Position numbers and translations under genes: made by a program
The notes under the pieces: model-generated
Seen by the model: the letters and a program-made list of their open reading frames with translations, nothing else
What the model was told of the DNA's origin: nothing
Databases searched by the model: none
In this document: positions 1-9,728 of the stretch, in pieces
Position numbering within the stretch: position 1 is the stretch's first letter
Layout: each line of letters starts with the position of its first letter
Source of the DNA: Syntrophales bacterium
Lineage (GTDB): Bacteria > Desulfobacterota > Syntrophia > Syntrophales > UBA5619
Assembly: GCA_040765725.1 (NCBI GenBank)
Contig: JAXGRQ010000008.1
Span: 3,217-67,216 of the forward strand
DNA length: 64,000 nt
Direction of reading: 5' to 3'

Positions 1-1188
1 CTCGCGCTCGCCGGGAAGGCCGAGCATGAAGTAGAGTTTCACCGCTCTCCAGCCGGCCGCGAAGACCCGCTCCGTCGTGGCGATCAGTTCAGCCTCCGTG
101 CTGCCCTTGTTGATCGCGTCCCGGAGGCGCTGTGTCCCCGCCTCGGGTGCGAGCGTGAAACTTGTTTTCCTGACCCGCCGGATCCCGTCGATCAGCCTCT
201 GGGTGAGGGTTTCCGCGCGGAGCGACGGCAGCGCAAGGGCGACACGCCGGTTATAATACCGGTCCATCAGCGTGGTGAGAAGGGCTTCGATGTGGGAGTA
301 GTCGCCGGAACTCAGCGAAAGGAGAGAAATTTCATCATGCCCGGTTGACCGAAGCATGGTTTCCGCCATCTCCTCCAGCATGGCGGGAGTCCGTTCGCGC
401 ACCGGCCGCCAGACCATCCCCGCCTGACAGAAACGGCAACCCCGCGTGCACCCGCGCGCGATCTCCAGCGTCACCCGGTCGTGAATCGTCTTCATCAGCG
501 GGACAACCGGGTTGAGGGGTTCGCGCCAGAGGTTCGGGTCCGCGATGATCCGCTTCCGAATCCGTTCATTGCCGGTGTGAAGGGCCGGAACAGAAACGCC
601 GGGAACGGCGGACAGGGCTTCAAGCTGTTCCCTTCTTTTTCCTCCCCGTCCCCGGACATCGGCGACCGCTTCGGCGATCTCACGGACGGCCTCCTCCCCC
701 TCGCCGATCACAAAGGCGTCGATGAAGGCGCTCATCGGGGCCGGATTGAAGGCCGATGGACCGCCCGCGATGATGAGCGGATGTTGATCCCCTCGCTGTT
801 CACTGCGAAGCGGAATTCCTCCCAGGTCGAGCATCATCAGGACATTGGTATAGGAGAGTTCGTACTGGAGCGAAAAACCGATGATGTCGAAGGCGGCCAG
901 CGGCCGTCCGGACTCCAGCGTGCAAAGAGGCAGCCCCCGGTCCCGCAAAACCCTCTCCATATCCGGCCATGGGGCGAAGCACCGCTCGCAGATGATCCCG
1001 GGCAGGTTGTTCAGGACTGCGTAGAGGATCTGGAGGCCGAGGTGGGACATCCCGACCTCATAGGTGTCCGGGAAAGCGAACGCAAAATGGAGCCGGCCGT
1101 CCCCGGGATCCTTCCGGACGGCGTTGACCTCGCCCCCGGTGTATCGGCTTGGCCTCTCGACAGACAGCAGAATCTCATCGGCATTCAT
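1..1188 (-). CDS. TIGR03960-type B12-binding radical SAM protein (3' end outside window)
   Basis: Manual translation from ATG 1188 gives MNADEILLSVERPSRYTGGEVN. The radical SAM motif EIARGCTRGCRFCQAG (CxxxCxxC) lies at ~420-470. Not in the ORF track because it runs off the edge. Confidence 0.85.
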   Translation of the reverse strand, partial: MNADEILLSVERPSRYTGGEVNAVRKDPGDGRLHFAFAFPDTYEVGMSHLGLQILYAVLNNLPGIICERCFAPWPDMERVLRDRGLPLCTLESGRPLAAFDIIGFSLQYELSYTNVLMMLDLGGIPLRSEQRGDQHPLIIAGGPSAFNPAPMSAFIDAFVIGEGEEAVREIAEAVADVRGRGGKRREQLEALSAVPGVSVPALHTGNERIRKRIIADPNLWREPLNPVVPLMKTIHDRVTLEIARGCTRGCRFCQAGMVWRPVRERTPAMLEEMAETMLRSTGHDEISLLSLSSGDYSHIEALLTTLMDRYYNRRVALALPSLRAETLTQRLIDGIRRVRKTSFTLAPEAGTQRLRDAINKGSTEAELIATTERVFAAGWRAVKLYFMLGLPGERE

Positions 1189-1348
1189 TTTGGACAAATC
1201 GATCATGCGCATTTTCGACGCGGTTTTTCGTTGACTTTCCCCTTCGCGTACCGGCCGTCATTACCATCTTTGTCCTTGACCTGCAATCCCATTCCCCATA
1301 TATACGCCACCGGTCATTGCACGGGATCATCCGTTCCACGGCGGTCCA

Positions 1349-2197
1349 ATGAACGCCGCTTTTTCGGGGAATATGCCGGACGAACCTTTTACCCACCTCT
1401 GTCAGCCCGACAGCCGCAAGTCCTGCGGGGCTTGTTGCGGCATCTACAACTATGCGGACAGTTCTCGAGAGGCGCTGGCGGCGCGCCTGCGCCGACGCAC
1501 CGAACGGTTCCGCAATGATGTTCGGGATGCGGCGGATCTTCCCGCTTTTTCCGGTATGATCCGTGCCGCGGAGGATCAAACCCGACGCTATGAGGTCATT
1601 TTTTGCTGCGAATACGTCGGTTTCCTGGATGGCGATGAAAAGAGGGTCGGATGCCTTCTCCACCCCGCGCAGAACAACGGGAAGGACCTCCGCGAGATCT
1701 CCTTCTATGGCCGGGAACTTTGTGCCGGTCACCTCTGCCCGAGCTATTCCTTTCTCAGCCGCATGGAAAAACTTGCGCTGATCCATGTGATGGAGGATTG
1801 GTACCTCTACGGCCTTTGCGTCACCGACGTCGACCTGGTCAAGCAGTACTTTCGCCACCTCGCGGATCTCCTCGGTGAAATTCCGCCGGCGGAGAGGTTC
1901 CGCGAGGAACCCGTCCGCACGATCGCCCGCCGATTTTTCGAATTCAAGCTCCACTGGCCGTTCCGTTCGCCGGAGGTCAACCGATTCGGCCGTTTCTACT
2001 TCGACGGCGCCCAGCATATGATCCGACCGATCGATTACGGGGCTCTGGGTTGCGAGCGTTCCCGTTTCGACGGCATCTTTCTCAGTCTCACCTCTGAGTT
2101 TCGAACCCCGGATGAGTTGAGAGACGCGGAAGACAGGATTCAGAGGAACATCACGGCGCTTGCCGGGGCTTTGAGGGCATCTCCTGATTTTCGTTGA
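1349..2197 (+). CDS. Cys-rich conserved hypothetical protein (possible Fe-S/Zn binding)
   Basis: 282-aa ORF with SCGACCG, CCEYVG, GCLLHP and CAGHLCPSY clusters. Start may be ATG 1373. Confidence 0.7.
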   Translation: MNAAFSGNMPDEPFTHLCQPDSRKSCGACCGIYNYADSSREALAARLRRRTERFRNDVRDAADLPAFSGMIRAAEDQTRRYEVIFCCEYVGFLDGDEKRVGCLLHPAQNNGKDLREISFYGRELCAGHLCPSYSFLSRMEKLALIHVMEDWYLYGLCVTDVDLVKQYFRHLADLLGEIPPAERFREEPVRTIARRFFEFKLHWPFRSPEVNRFGRFYFDGAQHMIRPIDYGALGCERSRFDGIFLSLTSEFRTPDELRDAEDRIQRNITALAGALRASPDFR

Positions 2198-2222
2198 CAG
2201 GCGGCCCGGTGTCGTCTACTGT
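2194..2222 (+). promoter_or_regulatory. sigma70-type promoter upstream of hpt
   Basis: TTGACA(2194-2199)-17 bp-TACTGT(2217-2222). Confidence 0.55.
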
Positions 2223-2342
2223 GAAAACGGATGTTTCCTGCTTGCACCGATCTTTGGAACCCCGTCAGGGAAACAAAAAGGATTTTTGGGCATGGTTGCC
2301 CCATGAACGGGCGGGCCGCGGGTCGGCATCTGGGGGTCCGGA

Positions 2343-2873
2343 ATGAAAAACGGGGAAATGGAGGTTCTGTTCTCAAGGGAAGTGATCGATAGAAGGGTCC
2401 GGGAACTTGCCGACCGGATCTCGCTCGAATATGAGGGAACGGAACTTCTGGTCGTCGGCGTTCTCAAAGGCGCCTTTGTTTTTATGGCCGATCTGGTCCG
2501 TCACCTTCATGTTCCGTGCGGGATCGATTTCATTCGGGTGGCCAGTTACGGGTCGGGTTCGGTCAGTTCCGGGAAGGTCCGAATCGGAAAGGATATCGAG
2601 ACCCCGATCTCGGGACGGGATGTATTGATCGTGGAGGATATTGTCGATACCGGGCTCACCCTTTCCTCCCTGGTGAAGATCTTGCGGGAAAGGCATCCGG
2701 CTTCGATCAGGGTATGCGCCTTTCTCGACAAACGGGAGAGGAGACAGGTGCCCTTTCAGGCGGACTATGTGGGGTTTTCCATTCCGGACCATTTTGTGGT
2801 CGGATATGGACTCGATTACAACGAAAAATTTCGTTTTTTCCCTGATGTTCGCGTGCTGAAAAACATCATCTGA
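2343..2873 (+). CDS. hpt: hypoxanthine phosphoribosyltransferase
   Basis: VLKGAFVFMADL, PRPP motif VLIVEDIVDTGLTL, FVVGYGLDYNE. Confidence 0.95.
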   Translation: MKNGEMEVLFSREVIDRRVRELADRISLEYEGTELLVVGVLKGAFVFMADLVRHLHVPCGIDFIRVASYGSGSVSSGKVRIGKDIETPISGRDVLIVEDIVDTGLTLSSLVKILRERHPASIRVCAFLDKRERRQVPFQADYVGFSIPDHFVVGYGLDYNEKFRFFPDVRVLKNII

Positions 2874-2885
2874 GGGGGAGGGCAT

Positions 2886-3893
2886 ATGATCATCCAGTGC
2901 CGGAAATGTGAAACGCGGTTCCGATTTGACGATCATCTGATGGAAGAGGATGGCGTCTGGGTGCGGTGCAGTCGCTGCCAGCATGTTTTTTTTCAGGAAC
3001 GTGCCGAAGGTGATTCTTCCTCAACGAAGCCGGAGATCCCTTCCGTCAGGATCAGCGATGCCAAACGAACTCCGGAAGATCGCTTTGCCGCTGCGGCGGA
3101 AGATATTCCGACGGGGATTTCGGCGGAACTGTCCCCGCCTCCGAAGCAAGAGGCGGCAGCGGAACCGCCGGTCGAGTTTGAAAAGGAACCCCCGTTTCAG
3201 GAACCGGTGAAGGAGTCGGTGATGGAAGCCGTCGGCGGCCCTCACGCCGATAGGATCAAGGAGGAAGAAACGGAGGTGGCCGAGGAGGACACCGAGGAGA
3301 TCGGCGCCGGAAGGGTGCAATGGGGCCGGATGCTTCTGAAAGGGATTTCCCTGATCGTTTTTATCGGGATCGTTGCGGGAGCGGTTTCGCTTTATCTTTA
3401 CCCGGATGTCCGAACCCGGGCTCTGGAGTTTGCATCCCCGTGGCTGAAAGAGATCCCCTTTTTCGAAAATTGGGTCGTCCCGAAAACAAAAAGGGATGTG
3501 ACCGTTCCCGCGCCGGTGAGGATCAAGGACATCCGACAGCGTTCGGTGCCGAATCTGCTCGCCGGAAATCTTCATGTCATCGAGGGGATTGCCGTCAATC
3601 AGGCGCCCCATCCGTTGGCGAAAATCAAGGTTCGTCTGGTGATTGCCGATGCCTATGATGTCGTTCTGGGCGAGAAGATCGTCTTTTGCGGCAATATCCT
3701 GACCGATGCGGAACTGGGCGCGATGGCGGAAGCGGAGATTCAGAGAGAGCTCTCCAACGAACTCGGGAGCGATTTCTCCAATAAACGGATCGAACCGAAA
3801 GGAGAAATCCCCTTCATGATCGTCTTCAGCCAGGAGCAGGCCGGGGCGGTTAAAACCACGATCCTTCCGGCGGGCGCCGACCGCATTCCCTGA
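2886..3893 (+). CDS. MJ0042 zinc-ribbon / DUF3426 membrane protein
   Basis: N-terminal CRKCETRF...VRCSRCQHVF zinc ribbon, acidic/Pro linker, single TM helix, C-terminal beta domain. Confidence 0.8.
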   Translation: MIIQCRKCETRFRFDDHLMEEDGVWVRCSRCQHVFFQERAEGDSSSTKPEIPSVRISDAKRTPEDRFAAAAEDIPTGISAELSPPPKQEAAAEPPVEFEKEPPFQEPVKESVMEAVGGPHADRIKEEETEVAEEDTEEIGAGRVQWGRMLLKGISLIVFIGIVAGAVSLYLYPDVRTRALEFASPWLKEIPFFENWVVPKTKRDVTVPAPVRIKDIRQRSVPNLLAGNLHVIEGIAVNQAPHPLAKIKVRLVIADAYDVVLGEKIVFCGNILTDAELGAMAEAEIQRELSNELGSDFSNKRIEPKGEIPFMIVFSQEQAGAVKTTILPAGADRIP

Positions 3894-3946
3894 TTTCTTT
3901 TCCGTCCGCGAGCACGGTCCGCACCCAACGCAACCGGGCGACCGGT

Positions 3947-5266
3947 TCAGGCAACGGCGGTGGACGGACGACGACGGTGTCGTTTCCTTCTCCGTCTTTT
4001 TGCAGGGACCCGATCGGGAGGCGGTTCCGGCCGGGAAACGGAAGGCGTCTTCAAGAAGTTTTCCCACCATTCCCGCGCGGTTTGATTTTCCCTTCTCGTT
4101 TTTCCGATCAGGCAGAGATAGGCCATCGCGTCCGTAAAGTCGGCTCGGCCGACCAGAGAATCGGCGCGACGCGGCGGTATTCTGTTTAGGGAGGGTTGAA
4201 GAGCGAGAATGCGGCGCATTTGGCCGCCGATTCTCCCCGGAATTGAGACCGTTTTGCAGAGCTCTTCCAGGAAAACGGCGCATACCGTGTCCAGGGCCTG
4301 CTGATGGGGAACGCCATCAAGATGGCGTGAAAGCGCTTCTTTCTCCAGGACGGGTCCGAAGAGTGCCGCCAGGAAAAAGGCCGGGGAAGGATTCCATCCG
4401 CTGCGGGACAGCCGGTCAAGGCCCTCCAGATTGGTGTGCAGCAGATTCAGAAGATCGTCTTTTCCCCGGAGCTGCTGCGAAAGACCGGGGAAGAGGGCGG
4501 CCAAGAGTCCGCCGGCGTTCAGCAGGGAGAAAGCGGACCGAGCGGAGCCGAGCAGAAACAGTTTCAGTGTTTCTTCATAGAGTCGGGCGGGGGCCGCCCT
4601 GGTGATGGTTGGGGATAGCGAACAGAGTGCTTTCCATGCGGCCGATTCGATCTCGAAGCCGTGCGATGCGGCAAAACGAACGGCGCGAAGCATGCGCACC
4701 GGATCCTCCGTAAAGCGGACAAAAGGGTCCCCGATCGGACGGATCAAACGTTGTTTGAGGTCGGCCAGACCGGTGGTGTAATCGATCACCGAAAAATCCG
4801 CGATATTGAAGGCCAGTGCGTTGATCGTAAAGTCGCGGCGCAGCGCATCCTCCTCCGGTGTGCCGAAGACGTTGTCGCGGAGAACCATTCCGTCCTCGTT
4901 CTTGAGGTGACGCACGGGGGTGGAATCGGGTCCTCTTTGCTCGGGGTTTGCTTCTTCGGCAGGGGCGTCCGCCCGGAACGTGGAGACCTCCAGAATCTCC
5001 TTTTGAAAGTGCAAATGTGCCAGCCGGAAGCGGCGGCCGATGAGACGGCAATTGCGAAAAAGCCGCTTGATTTGTCCGGGTGCGGCGTTTGTGGCGATGT
5101 CGAAGTCCTTCGGGGTGCGTTCCAGAAGCAGGTCCCGGACGCATCCGCCGACCAGGTAGGCCGTAAAGCCGTAGTCATGGAGCCGGCAGAGCGTGTGAAG
5201 CGCATTGATGCTGATCCGGTTTCGCGATATGTGATGTTCCTGTCGGGGAAGAATAATGGGTTGCAT
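3947..5266 (-). CDS. pcnB: poly(A) polymerase
   Basis: VGGCVRDLLL..PKDFDIAT, PAP signature LIGRRFRLAHL, RRDFTINAL, EDPVRMLRA, Arg-rich tail. Confidence 0.9.
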   Translation of the reverse strand: MQPIILPRQEHHISRNRISINALHTLCRLHDYGFTAYLVGGCVRDLLLERTPKDFDIATNAAPGQIKRLFRNCRLIGRRFRLAHLHFQKEILEVSTFRADAPAEEANPEQRGPDSTPVRHLKNEDGMVLRDNVFGTPEEDALRRDFTINALAFNIADFSVIDYTTGLADLKQRLIRPIGDPFVRFTEDPVRMLRAVRFAASHGFEIESAAWKALCSLSPTITRAAPARLYEETLKLFLLGSARSAFSLLNAGGLLAALFPGLSQQLRGKDDLLNLLHTNLEGLDRLSRSGWNPSPAFFLAALFGPVLEKEALSRHLDGVPHQQALDTVCAVFLEELCKTVSIPGRIGGQMRRILALQPSLNRIPPRRADSLVGRADFTDAMAYLCLIGKTRRENQTAREWWENFLKTPSVSRPEPPPDRVPAKRRRRKRHRRRPSTAVA

Positions 5267-5271
5267 GATGA

Positions 5272-5928
5272 TCAAGACGGGTCTGAATTTTCAGCCGAAC
5301 CCAGTGTGTCCAGGATAAGGCCGGCGGCGATGGCGCCTTCCCGGAGAATGCGGATGGGGAGGGTTGTGGCGTCGAGGATGGTCGAGCCGGCTTCCCCGGG
5401 CGTGGGTCCTCCGTCGATGATGGCATCCGGAAGGCCGCCCAAGGCTTGCATGACGGCGTCCGCTGTCGAGCAATCCGTGCCGCCGGACAGGTTGGCGCTG
5501 GTAGCCGTCAGCGGGCCTGTGATCCCTGCCGCGAGGAGCCTCGCGATCGGGTGTCCGGAAATGCGGATACCGATTTTTCCCGTTCCGCCGGTGAGGCGGT
5601 TCGAAACCGCGGGAGAAGCCCGGAAAAGGATCGTGAGCGGCCCGGGCCAGAATCTTTGCATCAGGTTTTTCGCCGTCATCGGGATCTCCTCCGCAAGCGG
5701 AGTCACGTCCCGCTCTTCGGCGACGATCAACGCAATCGGTTTGTTGAAATCCCGTCCCTTGATCCGGAAGATTCTCTCCACAGCCGCTTCGTTTCGTGCG
5801 TCGACTCCCAGGCCATAGAAGGTCTCTGTGGGAAAGGCCACCACGCCCCCGCCCTTGAGGATGCGGACGGCCTCTGCCATTTTCCCCGGATCGGGTCGCG
5901 CCGGGTCGATCTTCAGCAGGAGGGACAT
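5272..5928 (-). CDS. tsaC: L-threonylcarbamoyladenylate synthase (Sua5/YrdC)
   Basis: VAFPTETFYGL, KGR, FWPGPLT, TSANLSG. Confidence 0.92.
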   Translation of the reverse strand: MSLLLKIDPARPDPGKMAEAVRILKGGGVVAFPTETFYGLGVDARNEAAVERIFRIKGRDFNKPIALIVAEERDVTPLAEEIPMTAKNLMQRFWPGPLTILFRASPAVSNRLTGGTGKIGIRISGHPIARLLAAGITGPLTATSANLSGGTDCSTADAVMQALGGLPDAIIDGGPTPGEAGSTILDATTLPIRILREGAIAAGLILDTLGSAENSDPS

Positions 5929-5929
5929 A

Positions 5930-6433
5930 TCATCTCTTCAGGTTCTCGTGCTTCCGTTCGACCTCCTGCGCCATCTTACGGACATAGGCCTGGAGTTTCT
6001 TGAGAAGGTCGGCATTCTCCACGGCGAGAATCCGTATCGCGAACAGCGCCGCGTTCTTGGCTCCCGCCTTGCCGATGGCCATGGTTGCGACGGGGATTCC
6101 CCCGGGCATCTGAACAGTCGCCAACAGGGCGTCCAGGCCCCGGAGCGACGTGGCGTCGATCGGCACCCCGATCACGGGGAGCGTCGTCTGGGAGGCGATC
6201 ACCCCGGCCAGGTGTGCGGCGGCCCCGGCGCCGACGATGATGACCTTCAGCCCCCGCTTGCGCGCCCCGCTGCAGTATTCGGTCGTCCGCTCCGGCGTTC
6301 GGTGGGCGGAGGTCAGAAAGAGCTCATGCGGAATCGAGAAAGACTCCAGAACCTTGACCGCCTCTTCCATCACCGGGAGGTCGGAATCGCTTCCCATCAC
6401 GACGCTGACGAGCACTCCCCTGTTTTCCTGCAT
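5930..6433 (-). CDS. purE: N5-CAIR mutase
   Basis: VMGSDSD, SAHRTP, GAGAAAHLAG, QMPGGIPVAT. Confidence 0.95.
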   Translation of the reverse strand: MQENRGVLVSVVMGSDSDLPVMEEAVKVLESFSIPHELFLTSAHRTPERTTEYCSGARKRGLKVIIVGAGAAAHLAGVIASQTTLPVIGVPIDATSLRGLDALLATVQMPGGIPVATMAIGKAGAKNAALFAIRILAVENADLLKKLQAYVRKMAQEVERKHENLKR

Positions 6434-6581
6434 GTCTCCAAACTCCTCCGTTGATTTCATGCCCGTCTCACCGACGCGCATGGTTCTTCGCATGCCGCGA
6501 GAGCCGGGGAAATCTTTTCCCCCTCTCCACTGTTTACGGCGAACAGTCGGATTCCAGCCGTCGAACGGTGGAATCGCCGGA

Positions 6582-7205
6582 TTAGCTCATCCGGGCCGCA
6601 GTTTCACCGCTGAACTGGCCGAGGTACCTGGAGATGGCGCCGTCATAACGGGCGGTGAGTTGGAAGGTCTTCTTGGCCAGCTCGAAGTTGGTCGCCTCCG
6701 AGATCTTGCCGCCGGTCGCTTTCATCTCTTCCAGAATCTTCGGGTAGTCTTGCGGATCGGTCACGACGGAGACGAAACGCCAGTTTTTGGAGGCCGCGCG
6801 GAGCATCGTGGGGCCGCCGATGTCGATGTTTTCGATTGCGTCCGCCAGCGTGCAGCCTTCTCTGGCAACGGTATCCTCGAAGCGGTACAGATTGATGACG
6901 ACCATGTCGATCAGGTCGATCTTGTGTTCCCGGAGGGCCCTCATGTGGCCTTCGTTGTCCCGGAGGGCAAGCAGGCCGCCGTGGATCTTCGGATGCAGGG
7001 TCTTCAGTCTTCCATCCATCATCTCCGGAAAACCCGTGTAGTCCGAAACGTCAGTGACCGGAATGCCGTTTTTTCGCAACTGTGCCGCCGTTCCGCCTGT
7101 GGAGAGGATTTCCACGCCGAAGGGCTGAAGCCCCCGGGCGAATTCGACGATCCCCTTCTTGTCGGTTACGCTGATCAAAACCCGTCTGATGTCGTTTTGC
7201 CGCAT
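6582..7205 (-). CDS. purH: stand-alone IMP cyclohydrolase (PurH N-terminal MGS-like domain only)
   Basis: [57 protein letters not shown]. Stops at 207 aa, before any AICAR transformylase domain. Confidence 0.88.
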   Translation of the reverse strand: MRQNDIRRVLISVTDKKGIVEFARGLQPFGVEILSTGGTAAQLRKNGIPVTDVSDYTGFPEMMDGRLKTLHPKIHGGLLALRDNEGHMRALREHKIDLIDMVVINLYRFEDTVAREGCTLADAIENIDIGGPTMLRAASKNWRFVSVVTDPQDYPKILEEMKATGGKISEATNFELAKKTFQLTARYDGAISRYLGQFSGETAARMS

Positions 7206-8554
7206 GTTTCCCCTCCTGTTGATCTCTTTTCCGCCTTCAGTTCCTTCATGTGTTGAACCCGCTTCCGGAGGAGGGGTTCGGTTCCGATGTCCGGCCGGTG
7301 GTCGACGAGGCCCCGGATTGCGCCGACTGCCGCCTCGGCGATCCGTTCCGCCTCCGCCAGACTGTCGGCAACGCCCACCACGCCCATGGCCCGGGACGTG
7401 GTCATGTACAGACCATCCGGCCTTTGGTCGATAGACGAGTAGTAAAGTTTTGCCCCGGGCGTCTCGCCGATCTCGATCCGGGATGATGTGGAGACGGCCT
7501 CAGGGTGGTCCTGGGGGAGGCCATAACCCCTCGGAACCACATACTTGCATACCGTTGCCTTTTTTTCAAATACAATCTTCAGGCTGTCCAGACTTCCGTC
7601 GATGACGGCCCGGCAGATGTCGAGGAAATCGGTCCGCAGGAGCGGGAGGATGTTCATCGCTTCGGGATCTCCGAGACGGGCGTTGTATTCGATCAGCTTG
7701 ACCCCGAAACGGGTGATCATGAAGCCGCCGTACATGACCCCCTTGTAGGGGACCCCGGTCTCCCGCCGGATCGCTTCGGCAACCTTCCGGGTGATCGCCA
7801 AACCCTCGGCGACGGCGTCGGCGTCCAGGAAGGGGAGAAGATGGTCGGCGGCGGAATAGGAACCCATTCCTCCCGTGTTCGGACCTCGGTCGCCGGTGAA
7901 GCGTCTTTTGTGATCCTGAACCGGCGGGGTTGCCGCGACCGTGCGGCCGTCGCAGAAACATTGCAGGGAGAACTCCTCTCCCTCCAGTCTTTCCTCGACC
8001 GTGACTCCGGGGTGGCTCTTGAGGATGTCCAGGCAGAGAGCCAGGGCCTCTTTGCGCGTCTGAAAATGATCTCCTTCGACCATAACCCCCTTTCCGCCGG
8101 TCAAACCATCCGGTTTCAGAACGATCCCGTCCAGCTCTTCAAAAAAAGCCTCGATCCCTGCGGGTGAACGGAAATTGCGGAACCGCGGATTTCCGGGGAT
8201 GTCGTATTTTTTGAGCAGATTTCGCGTGAAGGATTTCGATGTTTCCAGGCGGGCGAGGGAGCGGGTCGGTCCCACCGCTGAAATCCCCGCAGTCGCAAGC
8301 GCGTCCACAACCCCATGCCCCAAGGGTTCCTCCGGGCCGACAACGGCGAAATCGATGCCTGCCTTCCGTGCAAACGCGACGACACTTGCCGGGTCATCGT
8401 AACGTCCGATGCAGACTACCTCCGAAACGGAGGCGATGCCGGGGTTTTTCGTTTTCATGAAAGAATAAAGCCGTGGTTTTTGTTCCGATCGCAAAATGGC
8501 CTCGGCGATGGCGTGTTCCCTTGCGCCGTTGCCGATGAGCAAAACATGGGTCAT
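7175..8554 (-). CDS. purD: phosphoribosylamine--glycine ligase (archaeal-type sequence)
   Basis: [34 protein letters not shown]...[21 protein letters not shown]. Likely start is ATG 8554. Confidence 0.93.
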   Translation of the reverse strand: MTHVLLIGNGAREHAIAEAILRSEQKPRLYSFMKTKNPGIASVSEVVCIGRYDDPASVVAFARKAGIDFAVVGPEEPLGHGVVDALATAGISAVGPTRSLARLETSKSFTRNLLKKYDIPGNPRFRNFRSPAGIEAFFEELDGIVLKPDGLTGGKGVMVEGDHFQTRKEALALCLDILKSHPGVTVEERLEGEEFSLQCFCDGRTVAATPPVQDHKRRFTGDRGPNTGGMGSYSAADHLLPFLDADAVAEGLAITRKVAEAIRRETGVPYKGVMYGGFMITRFGVKLIEYNARLGDPEAMNILPLLRTDFLDICRAVIDGSLDSLKIVFEKKATVCKYVVPRGYGLPQDHPEAVSTSSRIEIGETPGAKLYYSSIDQRPDGLYMTTSRAMGVVGVADSLAEAERIAEAAVGAIRGLVDHRPDIGTEPLLRKRVQHMKELKAEKRSTGGETCGKTTSDGF

Positions 8555-8815
8555 CAGGGGATCTCCTTCCGTTTTGTCTGTCCAATCACGAAGTGCATAT
8601 CGAAAAACGACCGTAGAGTCAAACAAATCCACCGAAGGGGCAGGCATAAACGATTTCCGCACGGACAATTTCATCGGTGAAGAGAATTCATTTGTCATTT
8701 CACTGCCGGATCTGATAAGTTTTCAACCCGTCCGGCCGGGCCGCATTCTGCGTCCAGGGATAGGCCCCGGATAGGCTTTGAGGATGGGGGAAGGCCTGTT
8801 GATGATGGAAATCGG

Positions 8816-9598
8816 GTGGATCCGGTCATGAATGTGGGCGGCGATATATCAGGGGATGCGGGATTCTCGGCTATCATTTTGGCGGCGGGGAAGGGCAGAA
8901 GGATGAAATCCGACCTCGCGAAGGTTCTCCACCCCCTCTGCGGCCGTCCGATGCTGAGTTATCCGGTCGCGGCGGCCCGGTCGGCGGGAGCGAAAAAGAT
9001 CGTTATCGTGATCGGCCATCAGGCGGAACAGATCCGAGTGCAGTTCCGGGGACAGGGGTTGATCTTTGTGGAGCAGCGAGAGCAGTTGGGGACAGGGCAT
9101 GCGGTCCTTCAGGCAGAGGGTGTCTTTCGGGATCATGTCGGGACCCTTGTCATTCTGTGCGGCGATGTCCCGCTGATCCGGCCGGAAACGATCAAGTCCC
9201 TGCATGACCACCACCGGATGAAACGGGCAACGGTGACGGTTCTAACGACAATCCCGGAGAACCCGACCGGCTATGGCCGTGTGGTCAAGACGGGCGACGG
9301 CCGGGCTGTCAGGATCGTAGAGGAGAGGGATGCCGGTCCGGAGGATAAGAAGATCCGAGAGATCAATACGGGCATTTACTGCGTGGAAAGTCGCTTCCTG
9401 TTCAGTGCGGTGGCCGGTCTCGGAAACCGGAACGCCCAGGGGGAATACTATTTGACGGATATTGTGGATATCGCCTGGCAGCGCGGCATGGAGGCTGTCT
9501 CATTCGTTGCGGCCGATCCGGTGGAGGTCATGGGGATCAATTCACCCGAGGAGCTGGAGAAGGCCGCTTGCCGGATGACGGCGCCGGATCGGCGATGA
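8816..9598 (+). CDS. glmU: GlmU-type UDP-GlcNAc pyrophosphorylase, uridyltransferase domain only
   Basis: ILAAGKGRRMKSDLAKVLH, QREQLGTGHAV, GDVPLI, EINTGIY, NAQGEYYLTD. No hexapeptide-repeat domain follows. Confidence 0.8.
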   Translation: MDPVMNVGGDISGDAGFSAIILAAGKGRRMKSDLAKVLHPLCGRPMLSYPVAAARSAGAKKIVIVIGHQAEQIRVQFRGQGLIFVEQREQLGTGHAVLQAEGVFRDHVGTLVILCGDVPLIRPETIKSLHDHHRMKRATVTVLTTIPENPTGYGRVVKTGDGRAVRIVEERDAGPEDKKIREINTGIYCVESRFLFSAVAGLGNRNAQGEYYLTDIVDIAWQRGMEAVSFVAADPVEVMGINSPEELEKAACRMTAPDRR

Positions 9599-9728
9599 TG
9601 CTCCACACCCATTTGCTTCTGTATTTGTCCGTATGGAACAATCTCCCCAAGAGGATTTCCTGCTTGTGCGAAAAACCGTCTGAACTGTCCCGGGAGACGC
9701 TCCATCTTTCTTTTGAGGAAGGCACTTG

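Noticed and set aside
481-1518. 345-aa plus-strand ORF and many other long antisense ORFs (e.g. 29098-31098, 42353-43783, 57276-58697, 12276-13598)
   Set aside because: These are shadows of real genes on the opposite strand in GC-rich DNA and carry no recognisable motifs.
2255-2340. GGAACCCCGTCAGG resembling SRP RNA
   Set aside because: It lacks the following TCCGGAAGGAAGCAGC helix-8 motif and the closing stem.
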